Origin: Octopus sinensis
Taxonomy: Eukaryota
Length of the DNA: 64,000 nt
Assembly: GCF_006345805.1 (NCBI RefSeq)
Contig: NC_043008.1
Location: 11,408,001 to 11,472,000 of the forward strand
Direction of reading: 5' to 3'
Each line of letters opens with the position of its first letter. Within the stretch, counting starts at the first letter, position 1. A program made the translations under genes and the position numbers. Below are positions 43,840-56,140 of the stretch, one piece after another. The notes beneath the pieces were generated by a model. The model saw only the letters and a list, made by a program, of their open reading frames with translations. It ran no database searches and was not told the DNA's origin.

Positions 43840-44842
43840 GTATATATACATACATATATACATATATATATATATGTATATATATATATATGTATATATA
43901 CAGATTTCTAAAAGCTGTACGACTCTTTTACTCTTTCCTTTAGCCCCCGCACACTTCTTCGTTCCTTCTGCTTTTCTGTTCCTCGCTCCACCCTCTCTCA
44001 CATTTCTTGGCCTTCCCTTCATTCTCATCACTTTCCCTACTCCTTTACCTCACTCTGTCCCTTTCCTTTTTTTCTCTCTTCCTCGTCCCTCCCTATTTCT
44101 TCAATCCCTCTACCTCCTACCTCTCTCCTCTCCTTCCACGTGACCGGTGTCTGACCGATGTCTGACCTTTCTTTCTTGGTTCGACTACCATCCGTGTAGC
44201 ATCTTTATATTTCTTCCCATGATCTAAATTGTTCTTCTACTGTAAGCCTGAAACTTTTCAAGTGGGTGGTCAATAACACCAAACCTAATGCTTAGGATAA
44301 AAGTCAAAATATAATTTTGGCGATTGAAATACCGCTAGGGATTAGACTCGGTGTACTAAAAATTCTGTCAGATCGCCACCTTTCAACTCAATTATAATGC
44401 AGAGACAATTTAAAGAAGATAGCCGATTTCGGCTGCAGCACTTTGAGTATTACTTTACTTCATCAAGATTGACTTGGAGGTAAGTAACAACGCGACGCAG
44501 ATAAACATTCTATACAATCACATTTACGTATAAAAATATATTTAGTAACAACCAAGGGCGATATCAAAATCAGCAGCCTAATCATAAAATATATGCTACT
44601 GCACACTTCTCATTTCAGCAAATTTGTTGTAAGACACCTGCAACAATAGCAACATAACGCACGCTACCTCAAAATGATGCAGTATGATAAACATAGTAGA
44701 ATATGTGTTCTATTAAAATGACTAAACATAATAAAGTGATACAATATACATACATAGATGTATATAGATGTATATATGTGTGTATATATGTAGGCTGAAA
44801 GAAGATTAGAGATGTATACAAATCATATTTTTTATATATAAA

Positions 44843-44884
<42 letters not shown>

Positions 44885-44951
44885 TTATAAATATGGGTTG
44901 AAAAAACGATTAGAGATGTATACAAATCAATATTTTATATATGAAGGATAC

Positions 44952-44979
<28 letters not shown>

Positions 44980-44995
<16 letters not shown>

Positions 44996-45148
44996 GTTTG
45001 TGTGCGTGTGTACATATATACATATATATATTTGCATATATAATTATTGATATAGGTATATTTACACCTTTTACACATACATAAATATGTATATATGTAT
45101 GTATATATACATTTATATATATATATATATATATATAGGTATATATAT

Positions 45149-45212
<64 letters not shown>

Positions 45213-45378
45213 ATATATACCTATATATATATATAATATATATATATAAATGTATATATACATACATATATACATATTTATGTATGTGTAAAATGTGTAA
45301 ATATACCTATATCAATAATTATATATGCAAATATATATATGTATATATGTACACACGCACACAAACATATATATATAT
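44980..45378. repeat. ~400-bp near-perfect palindrome centred on (TA)n
   Basis: The arms are reverse complements around ~45180, including the non-repetitive ttgcatatataattattgatataggtatatttacac. One substitution (45068/45294) and a TA-unit difference were seen. Confidence 0.9.
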
Positions 45379-47061
45379 ACATACCTATATACATACACAC
45401 AAGCATACACACACATATACATAGAGATAGTGAGAGAAAGAGAGAGAGAGAGAGATAAAGGGGGAGGTGGGGTGAGTGAGAGAAAGAAAAAAGGAAATGA
45501 GGTAACAATGTTGACTCTGTAGAGAATGAATATACTGTCAGAAAGAAATAATAAATCTCATTAATAGATAATTATCTCGAAGTCTGAATACAGATGTACT
45601 GATATGAAATATTACTGCCATTATCTTTCTTCAACCTATTTACACAATGTCTGTCGCTCTATATATGTATATTTGCGTGTGTACGTATATATGAAGATAT
45701 AAGTGTATATGTATGTGTGTGCGTGTCTGTGTGTGTTGTATGTATCAGGAGAACACAGCTTAAAATGAAAACCAACTTATGACAGGTGGCGTTTATACGT
45801 GTTCTGTCGCTAGAAGTCTGTAGCAAATCTCACTTATATCACACCGCACAACCTATAGAAATATGGTAACAATCTATTAAGATGTTAGAGTCTGAAACAA
45901 ACTAGCAAAAGATGAGATGGTCATCATTTGAATTATTTTATCGTTGTTTTGTGTTATTTGGGATGACCAATGTCACGATAGCAAGCATTACAGCGGCGGT
46001 GAGATTGTCTAGAAGGAAAACGCGTTGAGTGAAAAGTATAAGCAAATATAACCGATGTATGGCATATTTAACCTTATTTTCTTAAACAATGAAATGCGCA
46101 ACATGTGAATATTGTTACGATGCTTTTGTACATGCAACAGAGTTAGATATGGATTCGTATGTGCTAAGTAACTGTGACCTATTGCAGAGTGGTGTACATA
46201 CTATAAGCTAACTGTTTTGCTAATCATTCAAAACCTACATTCAAAACCTACTTTCACAAGTAAGCATAAATAGAACTTCCAATTGCGCAGAACTTTCAAA
46301 AGGCAATATCAGCCACGTCGTTTTGTAGCAATATAAAATGCAATTGGAGATGGAGAGAGCATGCGCACAACTCTGTATTCCTTGAATATAGAAATTGAAG
46401 CAGACACACGTTTGCCATCTCAAAGACTACATTCCTTAATACGGCAACAACACAATAGACAATATAAATTTACATAGCTAAGAAGATGGTATAGTTTGTG
46501 ACAAGAAGTTTTTGACCATTCATCTACTTGAACTATTTTGGCTGGTAGCCAACAAATAACAATTATAAAACAATGAATTAAGCGATTTATTTGTGTTTAA
46601 AGCAAGGCCAGCCTTAAAGAAAGCGACAATGCATAATAAAAATTACTTTCATCCGTGATCGCTCTCTCGTAATCTTTTCAAACAATCGATTCAGTACAAT
46701 ACTGTTTAACACCTTTTCCGTTTAATAAAGCAGTACTGAGTCGATTGACGGAAATTCAGCTGGTTTTTCTAGTAAATATATTGGGAATATAGAAGGATCC
46801 CTAGCTGGTTCTTTGAAGAGTGGATATTTCATCAATATATATTACTAAGTAGGCTCAAAAAATTAAGGCTTGAAGCTACCTATGTAGAAAGTAACCATGT
46901 AGCCATCTGTTTACAACTGCCTTAATTTTGAATTCTGTTTAACAATTTAGTGAGACAAATATTGATTTAACGAAGTGATTTTAAATTCTCAAACGCAGGA
47001 AAATGCTAACAATATAGAATGAACAGGATAAGCTACCACTAATTTGCAGGAAAAAAGTGAT

Positions 47062-47207
47062 GTTTCTCTCTCTCCCCTTCTCTCCCCCTCTCTCTCCCCT
47101 TCTCTCCCTCTCTCTCTCTCTCTTCCCCCTCTCTCTCCCCTTCTCTCCCCCTCTCTCTCCCCTTCTCTCCCTCTCTCTCTCTCTTCCCCCTCTCTCTCCT
47201 TCTCCCT
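47062..47207. repeat. Pure pyrimidine (TC)n-variant tract with an internal tandem duplication
   Basis: Repeated ctctctctccccttctctccccc blocks. Confidence 0.85.
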
Positions 47208-47826
47208 CTGTTCTACTCTATATATTTGTCCATCTATCAACGAAGTCATCTATTTGTTCTCTTCATCCTTTAATATCCTTACTGTAAATTCTGTACATAC
47301 TCTCAATTTCCATTTCATTATGAAATCAATATAATTTAAACCAGTCTCGATATGGCTAAAATTTATTTTGAAACGTAACAGAACGTCAGTAATTACAAAG
47401 CATTCTACGCCTCAGGATATCATACTTTATGCAATACGCCATTTTGAATAGCAGTGAATACCAACAAGAACAACATCTTGGTACGTAAAAGTGAGTACAA
47501 ATATATGGAACATGTGTGTCTCTAGTATTGTACCTAACCATAAATTTTAAATCTGAGATAAACAGAAATTAATATTGACTTCGAACTTATACGCATTAGT
47601 ATTAATGAGTGAATTTATAATGGCACCAACCTCAATAATTCACATAGCTTCGCATCATTGCAGAAAGACTTCTAAAATCTGAAATATAGTGAAATCATTT
47701 GGCGCAATTTATATCAGTGAATTTTAAATATTGTATGAGTTTCTCCGTTCAAGGAATTGACGCGGTGCGCTCATAAATAGGTAACCATGGATATAACTGG
47801 TGGTTCTTAGTGACGTTGTACTTAGT

Positions 47827-48202
47827 GGAGGAGCAATGGCTCAGTGGTTAGAGAAGCAGACTTGTGGTCATAGGATCGGGGTTTCGATTCTCAGACCGGG
47901 CGATGTGAGTGTTTATTGAGCAAAAATAGTTAAGCTCCATGAGGCTCCGGCAGCGAGTGGTGGCGAACCCTGCTGTACTCTTTCACCACAAATTTCTCTC
48001 ACTCTCTCTTCCTGTTTCTATTGTACCTATCTTTCGAAGGGCCAGCCTTGTCACAATCTCTGTCAAACTGAATCTTTCCGAGAAGTACGTTAGGGTACAC
48101 GTGTCTGTGGAGTACTCAGCCACTTGGACGTTCATTTCCCGAGCAGGCTGTTCCGTTGATTGGATGAACTAGAACCCTCGTCGTCGTAACCGACGGAGTG
48201 CC
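47827..48202 (+). mobile_element. SINE family C, full length
   Basis: Head ggaggagcaatggctcagtggttagag...ggtttcgattc and end gtcgtaaccgacggagtgcc. Homologous to 60524-60888. Confidence 0.85.
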
Positions 48203-48795
48203 GTAGCACTAAGTTAGTCAAGAAAATACAGCGGACCACCACAAGCATTACGGAATTATTTAATGAACGAACTTATAATTGTGTTCATATAGAAGTAGTC
48301 CAAACTATTGCTCTACCAGTTATATGTATATATTTGCTCTTTATTTTATTTCTGTCTTAAGTAACGCTCTTATTGTTATAATAGCTGTATCTCTACCGAA
48401 AGATCACTCTTGGACATAGAATCATATGCAGAGAGATTGGCTTCTACAAACACTAGTAATTGTTCTGATCTGTGCTAATATTCTAATGACTACACTTTCA
48501 CCGCCTGCAGGCATCAAAAGACAAGACGCGATCAATAAAAGCTGAGAGCATTTTTTAATTCGAGTTTCTACTGCATTAAAATTTGCTCTAATTATTTAGC
48601 AAAATTATCATTACAAACTTCCAGATGGTTTCACATTTGATTCTTCACAGACAATGGGTTGATTAGTGACTATTTGCAGAACTGCGAAATAAACATGAAC
48701 TTCAACTTTGCAAATTTAGTGCAACAAATATCGATGTTTTGTTGATAAATCTGGGAATGTAAAGCCGCTTTATATATATATATATATATATATAT

Positions 48796-48833
<38 letters not shown>

Positions 48834-48989
48834 ATATATATATATTGTTATATTTCGGAATGGTCATATTGCCAGTTTAGCCAAATATTTAAACGTATAT
48901 ATATATATATATAATAAATATATATATATATACATACATACATACATATATTTATATAGATAGATAGATAGATTAATAGATAGATATGT

Positions 48990-49204
48990 ATGTGTGTATG
49001 TATGTGTTTTCTGCACCTCTTAATTGCCAATGCTCTAAGAGAATCTCAGCACTATTAACCTGACGACCGTCAGAGATTCCATAGAATACACGGTGGTAGC
49101 ATCTTTCCTCAGGTAAAAAGTAATATGAATGTGTGTGTAGACAGAAAACAAAAAAACTTTGAAGAATATGTGCATTTAAGAACCAAATCCATATATATTA
49201 TATG

Positions 49205-49259
<55 letters not shown>

Positions 49260-49462
49260 GTATGTATGTATGTATGTATAAACGTATTATATATATTATT
49301 CACAATATTTATGTTAATGATACACGCACATGCGTATGATTTTGACCTGAGGAAAGATGCCACGACTGTGTATCCTATGGACTCTCTGACGTTCGTGAAG
49401 TTAATAGCGCTGAGATTTTCTTGGACCACTGGCAATTAAGGGTACAGAAAACATACATACAT
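48990..49462. repeat. Diverged inverted repeat around a (TA)n spacer
   Basis: The ~110-bp cores align without indels with 15 mismatches by my count (~86%). Confidence 0.85.
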
Positions 49463-49533
49463 ACGTAGGTACGTATCTACATACATACATACACCCCTCT
49501 CTCTCTCTATATATATTATATATATGTATAGAA

Positions 49534-49574
<41 letters not shown>

Positions 49575-49810
49575 AAATGGATAAATGAATTATCTTGTTA
49601 CGGATTATTCAAAATTTAACCGATACCTGGGTAGCAAAAATCACAACAGAAAAAACACGGTTGAGGTTACGACCATGGGGTGTCGCAACCGTGCCTTAGC
49701 GCGGATAATTGAAGTTTTATATATTTAGTGAAGAGAAGAAATGGAGCTGAACGAAGATTCTACAAAATTCCTTTTTATTATTTTCAAAACATGTTTCAAA
49801 GGCTGCAAAT

Positions 49811-51725
49811 TTGCAGCCCTCAATTAACCCTAGTGTACTTAATAAGGCCCTGTGGCATGCACACAATAAGGCAGGTCTCACTAGAGAAGAAATTGATATA
49901 ATTCTAGTCGCCAGAAAATCATTTATAAAGTTTGAAAATAAGTTGTGGGTTCGTAAAGATACTCCCAACGAGTTCGATGTGCCTATGGGTAGTTCAGATA
50001 GCGTGCAGATTGCCGATTTGGTCGGAATCTATATTCTCTACGAATTATCCGACCAGTTCCCGGATATCGGGGCGGCCTATATCGTGACGATTGTCTTTTT
50101 ACCTACAAAACACCCCGAACAGAATCGTACAGAAAACTAAAAACAGGTTAGCTAGGTTCTTTATAGGATGGGCATGAGTATAGTTTTTGATAACGAACTT
50201 ACTAAGGCTAATTTCTTAGATGTCACACTAAACCTCCATAGCGATCTTACTGCCCTTACCATAAGCCTTCCACTAACTTAAAGTATGTCAGTGTCTTCTC
50301 GAATCACGCTAAAACTATAACAGACAATTTGGTTAAAAATATTTCTCAAAGATTAACTAATTTGTCTGCCAATGTCGACATTTTTAGGCAGAAAGAGGAA
50401 TGTTATAATGCCGCCCTGTCTAAAGCCGGTTATAGGGAGAAGGTAGTATATATAGATCCGGCCCTTCCGATGCCAGCATTCTGTCATCAGGATAGTGCCG
50501 GCTACAATAACATAAATAATTTAAGTAGTGATGGTAGCCTGAGGAATGTCGAAACAAGTACATCTAGAATAAATTTAGGTAACATAAATAATTTGCGGTT
50601 CAGGGGAGGCCATAGTAAGCCAAAACCTATTATTCAACCTAGAAATACCCACCTTAATGTCAGAGTTGACTCCCCGACCCAGTACAAAAACAGGAATAAA
50701 TATATTTGGTTTATATTTTCCTTTGGTAAACAAATAATCTATCTACTACTACCTCTGCAGTTTCGCCAAGCATTGCCAGTAATTTTCCCAGATTCCAGAT
50801 ATTACGCCACTGTTAACTCACACAAAGTTAGGATAGCCTTCTCCAACACTAAGAATCTCTCACAGATAATTTCCTCCCATAACAATAAGCTGCTAAATAA
50901 GACCTTCTCACCCTCGTTCGGAGACGCAGCTCCGTCTAATGCCAGAATAACGCGCAGTAATAATAATAATAATAATGATAATGGAACCGGCACAGAGATT
51001 AGCAATCTCCATACCAGCCATGGAGTTAACAATAGAAATAAGGATAGGAGCAATGGTGACGACACTAGCGTTAGTAATGGTAATAGGGAAGAAAGCACTG
51101 TCCGAGTCATTAATGTAGAGAGTCCCAATAACACTTTTAGCAACGGTTTTGACAACAGTAGCATCACGGACATTAGCAATCACAGCGATCTCAGTGCCAG
51201 GGAATATACAGGTGATATTCCATTAAATAGTATTGATAATGGGGTGTATAATGTCGAAGACAGCCGCAGTTCTCGCAATCATCATAGTAATAAGAACGCC
51301 GTATTAATATCTGAAGCCAATCCCAATAGAATAAGGTTCTTATCTAGTAATTCCAAGATTAGAAATGCCATTTACCAATGCAGGTTTATACTGAATCAGA
51401 TGTCTACTTGTATATCGGAGCGTCATCATCAAAATTGGCCGTAAGAATATCGAACCACTTCACATTTGGCGATTTTAGAAAACAACACGCGACCGGAGTG
51501 AGTAAATTAATCTGGCATTTGAAGAACGCGAATTCAGCATTTAGACTGGAATGGTCGATTTTATCGGTGTCTGCACCGTTTGATAGAGGCAAAAGAATCT
51601 GTAATCTCTGCAACTCTGAACTTTTTCACATTTTGTTCGCCCGAGGGCAGCTAGTTAACGTGATTTTTCAAAACTCTTTCAGATGTTCCCACTGGAGGCG
51701 GCACACATTTCTTGCATACAATTGA
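49811..51725 (+). pseudogene. PLE reverse transcriptase plus C-terminal GIY-YIG endonuclease (Naiad-like), frameshifted
   Basis: PSINPSVLNKAL, FDVPMGSSDSVQIADLVGIYIL, GLYRDDCL, NFLDVTLNL, PYHKP...YVSVFSNH, KVRIAFSNTKNLSQIISSHNNKLL, AIYQC...YIG, SKLIWHLK, ICNLCNSE...CSH. At least five frameshifts. Clade assignment is from motif memory. Confidence 0.88.
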
Positions 51726-52298
51726 AGCCTAAGATAATCAACACCTTGATGTCCTAAGAAAAGAGAAAAAAATTTGAATTAAATTTGTAAAGGGAAATTA
51801 CTCCCCTTTTAGCGTATGATCTGCTACTTATTTAGAAACAATATCAGGGATTATACTCCCCTTGTTTGACAAGTCATCTGTGTATAAACTGACCACAGAC
51901 GAACACAGGGACACAGGCTTTTATCAGCCGCTTGACCTACAATATCTGCAATATATTTTCCCTCTAGCTGCTTCCTAACATACTGCCACACATACACAGG
52001 CGCACACACACATACATGTAAGTAGTTTCTCACACTCAAACAAGATAGCTTTCATTCTTAAAACAATTCGAACATTAACATTAGTTAGACAGAATATATT
52101 CACACTCTTTGGTTTTCTGGAATTCTTCCCCTACCAAATTTAACCGCAGTTTGACCTCGATTTATTCCAACGGACTTTTTCGTTGGCCTTCACCCACCCT
52201 GACGTCAACGTACATTGAGAGACAGTTTTGTGCCTTACCATGGGCTCCTAGGGAGCGTTTTGTTCGAATAGCTTGCTGCGCATTTGTTTGGAGATTTA

Positions 52299-52407
52299 AA
52301 TTCCTGGTTTTTCCTGAAGAGAAAGCAGCAAACTGGTCTCCTTATTCAATCCGAATTTGGAAATTTGCAGCCTTTGAAACATGTGTAGAAAATAATAAAA
52401 AGGAATT
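52299..52407 (+). ncRNA. Type I hammerhead ribozyme in the PLE 3' terminal repeat
   Basis: CUGAAGA at 52314-20 and GAAA at 52376-79, then C-AUGU-GUA with predicted cleavage after 52387. Stem I: UUUUC/GAAAA plus AAUUCCU/AGGAAUU. Stem II: AAAGCAGCAAA/UUUGCAGCCUUU. Confidence 0.7.
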
Positions 52408-52599
52408 TTGTAGAATCTTCGTTCAGCTCCATTTCTTCCCTTCACTAAATATATATATATATATATATATATATGAAACACACACTCACACACATACACA
52501 CACATGCACACACATATAAATACTTATTCATACATGCGTTCCTGCTCACACACAAATACACACTTAATAGCACACATGTATGTTATATTTTGTGCTGTA

Positions 52600-53589
52600 G
52601 GAATGAATCATGTGATGATCCTAAAATAATCTTCACCCTCTTACACCATCTGCAGGACAACGTGATGGAAGATCCGAGCAAGGAATTACGGGCTTTGGGG
52701 AGAAAGATGGGTGTTGGAATCGTCAATGTGCAGCTGGATATGAATGAAAACCTTCGATGCAACTAGTTCTAGGTGCAAAGGACACATTCTGACAGCCCAG
52801 GCCTAGGATACCCGCAAAACGAAAGCAAAGAAGCTCCTGAAGAAGCTGAAGCATCCCATAGCCCCTCAACCCCGGGATCATCTGGTTCTTCTCCGACGAA
52901 TAGAACTCATGCCAGAACCAGTCGCACTACGTCCAGAGCAAGATGCAGCCTGCCTATAATTACAATCCATGTTATGTCCCTCGCAACACGAAAACCAAGT
53001 TCCTCCAAAGGGTGATAGCCGTTGGGTATTTCTTCAGTTAGTGTGAAGTCATACTGCACAACATTTTTGAACCTAGATTTTGGCTCAATTCAGGTGCTCA
53101 TGTTTAGACGCAGGACCCTGTGGTCTGAGAGGATTGCTGTTTAAACGCCACTTCTATAGCAGCAGGTTTCTGCTCCCTGGTATACAACTGGAAAGTGTCA
53201 GACGTGGTTGTCGAGGAATTTCTGAGACTTCAACCAAACCCTATTTCTGGGCTTCTAACTCCTCCCTATGATAATCGCAAGTGTTACCATATTGGGGTGC
53301 AGTTGAAAGGTACTAACCGCTTTGTCTGCAACAACAAGGCTGAGTTGTAGGCCAAAATCAAGGATCTGTTTAAGGACCATCCCGAGAACACAAACAGGAA
53401 CGCAAGCGCCAGGTTGCGGAGCCGTCTTGAAGCATTGGTGAAAGTTGAGTGTGACTACATTGAGAAAACTCTCTTCTTCCAGCTATAATGTAGTCGATAC
53501 ATTTCGGTTTCTAATAATGTTTTATTTTGAATGAAATATTGTTTTCTTTTTCTTATGTGCAAACTGTCAAATTAATCACGAAAACCTGG
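52600..53589 (+). pseudogene. Decayed maT/DD37D-type mariner transposase with probable 3' end
   Basis: EDPSKELRALGRKMGV, KAKKLLKKLKHP, IWFFSDE, VPRNTKTKF, QQVSAP (QQDSAP-like), WASNSS...YWGAVE, RLEALVKVECDYIE. Many stops. Ends in aaaacctgg then TA. Confidence 0.85.
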
Positions 53590-53631
53590 TATAACTATAT
53601 ACACAAACACACACACACACGCGCATATATA

Positions 53632-53665
<34 letters not shown>

Positions 53666-53676
53666 TATATATATAT

Positions 53677-53734
<58 letters not shown>

Positions 53735-53740
<6 letters not shown>

Positions 53741-53910
53741 TATGGAGAGTTTACAAAAAAAACAAAGACGAAAACAGGTGGTGTACAAAACAAACAGATG
53801 TATTAGTATAACGCTCAGGAATAGAAAAAAGTCTTTTACGTTTCGAGCGTACGCTCTTCTTCAGAAAGGGACAATGAAAAAAACAAGGAAAGAAAAAAAT
53901 GTGTGTAGTA
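53735..53910 (-). mobile_element. Hammerhead-bearing short repeat, subfamily H2
   Basis: Homologous to 40770-40960. (TA)n on both sides. Confidence 0.75.
53833..53868 (-). ncRNA. Minimal type I hammerhead ribozyme with intact catalytic core
   Basis: CUUU-CUGAAGA-A-GAGC(GUAC)GCUC-GAAAC-GUA-AAAG. Stem III is the ACGU palindrome, with predicted cleavage after GUA (53837). Confidence 0.75.
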
Positions 53911-54993
53911 TATATATGTATATATACATATTTACACATGCAAAAGGTGGGAGAGACACAGGCAGAGAAAGAAAGTGTGTGTGTGAGATAAAGGGGGTGG
54001 GGTGGAAAAGAAGGAAGCCGAAAACTATGTTTCTGCATACATTAATATTCAATTCTTTTTGTAAACAATCATTTTTGTTTTTGTTCTTTGCTATAGAAAG
54101 ACAGAATTATAACATTACACTGACTGCTGCTAGTTTTTCTTTTATTTTTATTATATTCTGTTTATTTGCCAACACTAAGATATATATATATATATATATA
54201 TATAGTATATATATATATATATACATAACACCACTTACTACAATTTCAACAGTGATAAACGTACAAATAAATTGCGCTGTCAGCAAATTCATTAGCTTGA
54301 TATCTTCATATACGGTCGTTTTAAAAACACATCTAAAATGCAAGAAAACCGTTAAGAAACACTGATGTTGAAAGCTGCGAAGAAGATAAGTCGAAAATAA
54401 CTTCTGTTTTATGGCTGGTATAAAATACCTTTCATGTGGGTGTTTGATGAGTCGGAGATAAAAATGACAGATAGATGGCTTAATTGTTAAATATGTCTTG
54501 TAATATAATTTAACTGACTGTTGTCTTTAAAACTTTCAGACGGAGGGAGTGTTTTATTCTGAAGAAATTGCCCTGTTTATTCTCTTATCGCAGCGGAGTT
54601 TATCGGAAATTTCAAAAACAGTAGACCAATGTTTTATGTATGAACACTGTTTACGATTAAAATTTGAGTAGTCTTATCATATGAGGGTCAACATATACTA
54701 ATATGCCTACAAATTGGTCTCCCTCCTTTTCACTATTCTTCCTTGGGCTTATATGGGTCTTTATGTAGATGGTAATACATGTGTGTGTGTGTGTGTGTTT
54801 GTGTGTATGTGTGTGTTATGCGTGTGTATGTACTTGTATATATATATGTGTGTTTGTGTATATGTGTATGTAAATATATGAATGTTTACACGTACGTATA
54901 TGTATAGATGCACACAGACCCGCACTCTCACACACGCACACGCTTATACATGTGTATGTGTGCGTATATATATTATATATATATATTATATAT

Positions 54994-55027
<34 letters not shown>

Positions 55028-55061
55028 ACACATATATAAATATGCATATATATACATTAGC

Positions 55062-55110
<49 letters not shown>

Positions 55111-55451
55111 CACACACAAACACATATACACACACATATATATATATATATACATGTCTCGGGCCCTCACATATTTAATATGTCTTCTCTTGTAATATTA
55201 CTTTTTTTCTTCCACAATTTCTTTATACATGCCCTGCTTGATATATTTTATACACGTTTTGTTAAGCTGGCTGTCTTCTCTTATCACTGCACTGAAGGCA
55301 TAATCTATTATGAGCGTACACGCATGTAATTACACAATATATACATATATATATATATATGTCATTGTATATATATATATATATATTTGTATCTCTCTCT
55401 CTCTCACTCTCTCTCACTCTCTCTCTCTCTATATATATATATATGTATATG

Positions 55452-55517
<66 letters not shown>

Positions 55518-56140
55518 TATGAGTGTGTATATGTATGTATTCTTAAAACCGAGTTAATCTAATGTGGTTTTAACTTCATTGATATATCAGTTGTCGCCAA
55601 ATGTTTTATCGAACTATAATAAATGTTGTGGATAACAACGAATACATTTAAATTTGATAGGTTTTATGGTTACAAAATTTTAATTTAAAAAAAAAAAGAA
55701 AAGAAAAATTGAAAACACTTCAGGTTAGAAAATATTCAGATTTGATATATGACGATTCTTAGATTTTGTAGATTCCTTCTCAATGTAAAACGGTAATTGA
55801 TCGGGATACGATACAATATTCAACGAAAATACTACGCTTCTAATATTTATACCGCTAACGGAATTCATTAGTACAAGCCAATTTCTATGAACGTATTCCC
55901 GATGGATATTACCATAGCTGCTATTGGAAATAATTTCTAAATAATGTCATGAACTACTGTTTTACAAATAGTGAAGACACGTTAAATATTCTAAACCTAC
56001 GCTCTCTAAACTTATATATAAAAGAAACATTGGACGGTCGTGCATAGATGTTTTTAACTCATGTTTATGAAATAAATCAGATTTATACCAATTGAAGCAA
56101 ATTATCAATATAAGAAGATATCAATATAGTCCATTCTGTT

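Larger units (their letters stand above)
49709..52450 (+). mobile_element. 5'-truncated Penelope-like element with an inverted partial terminal repeat at its 5' end
   Basis: Carries RT and GIY-YIG coding sequence. 49709-49810 is the reverse complement of ~52361-52455 with 3 differences seen. Both ends abut TA repeats. Confidence 0.9.

Noticed and set aside
44403-44485. Possible plus-strand 77-nt exon ending GAG|GTAAGT
   Set aside because: No polypyrimidine tract and the peptide is not recognisable.
49052-49115. CTGACGA and CTGAGGA motifs in the inverted repeat as hammerheads
   Set aside because: No correctly placed GAAA or stem II.
50802-51613. Antisense or alternate-frame ORFs over the PLE
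   Set aside because: They are by-products of the low-complexity sense ORF.
49811-52450. Selenocysteine recoding, described for some Naiad PLEs
   Set aside because: I saw no in-frame UGA in the reconstructed frame and identified no SECIS by eye.
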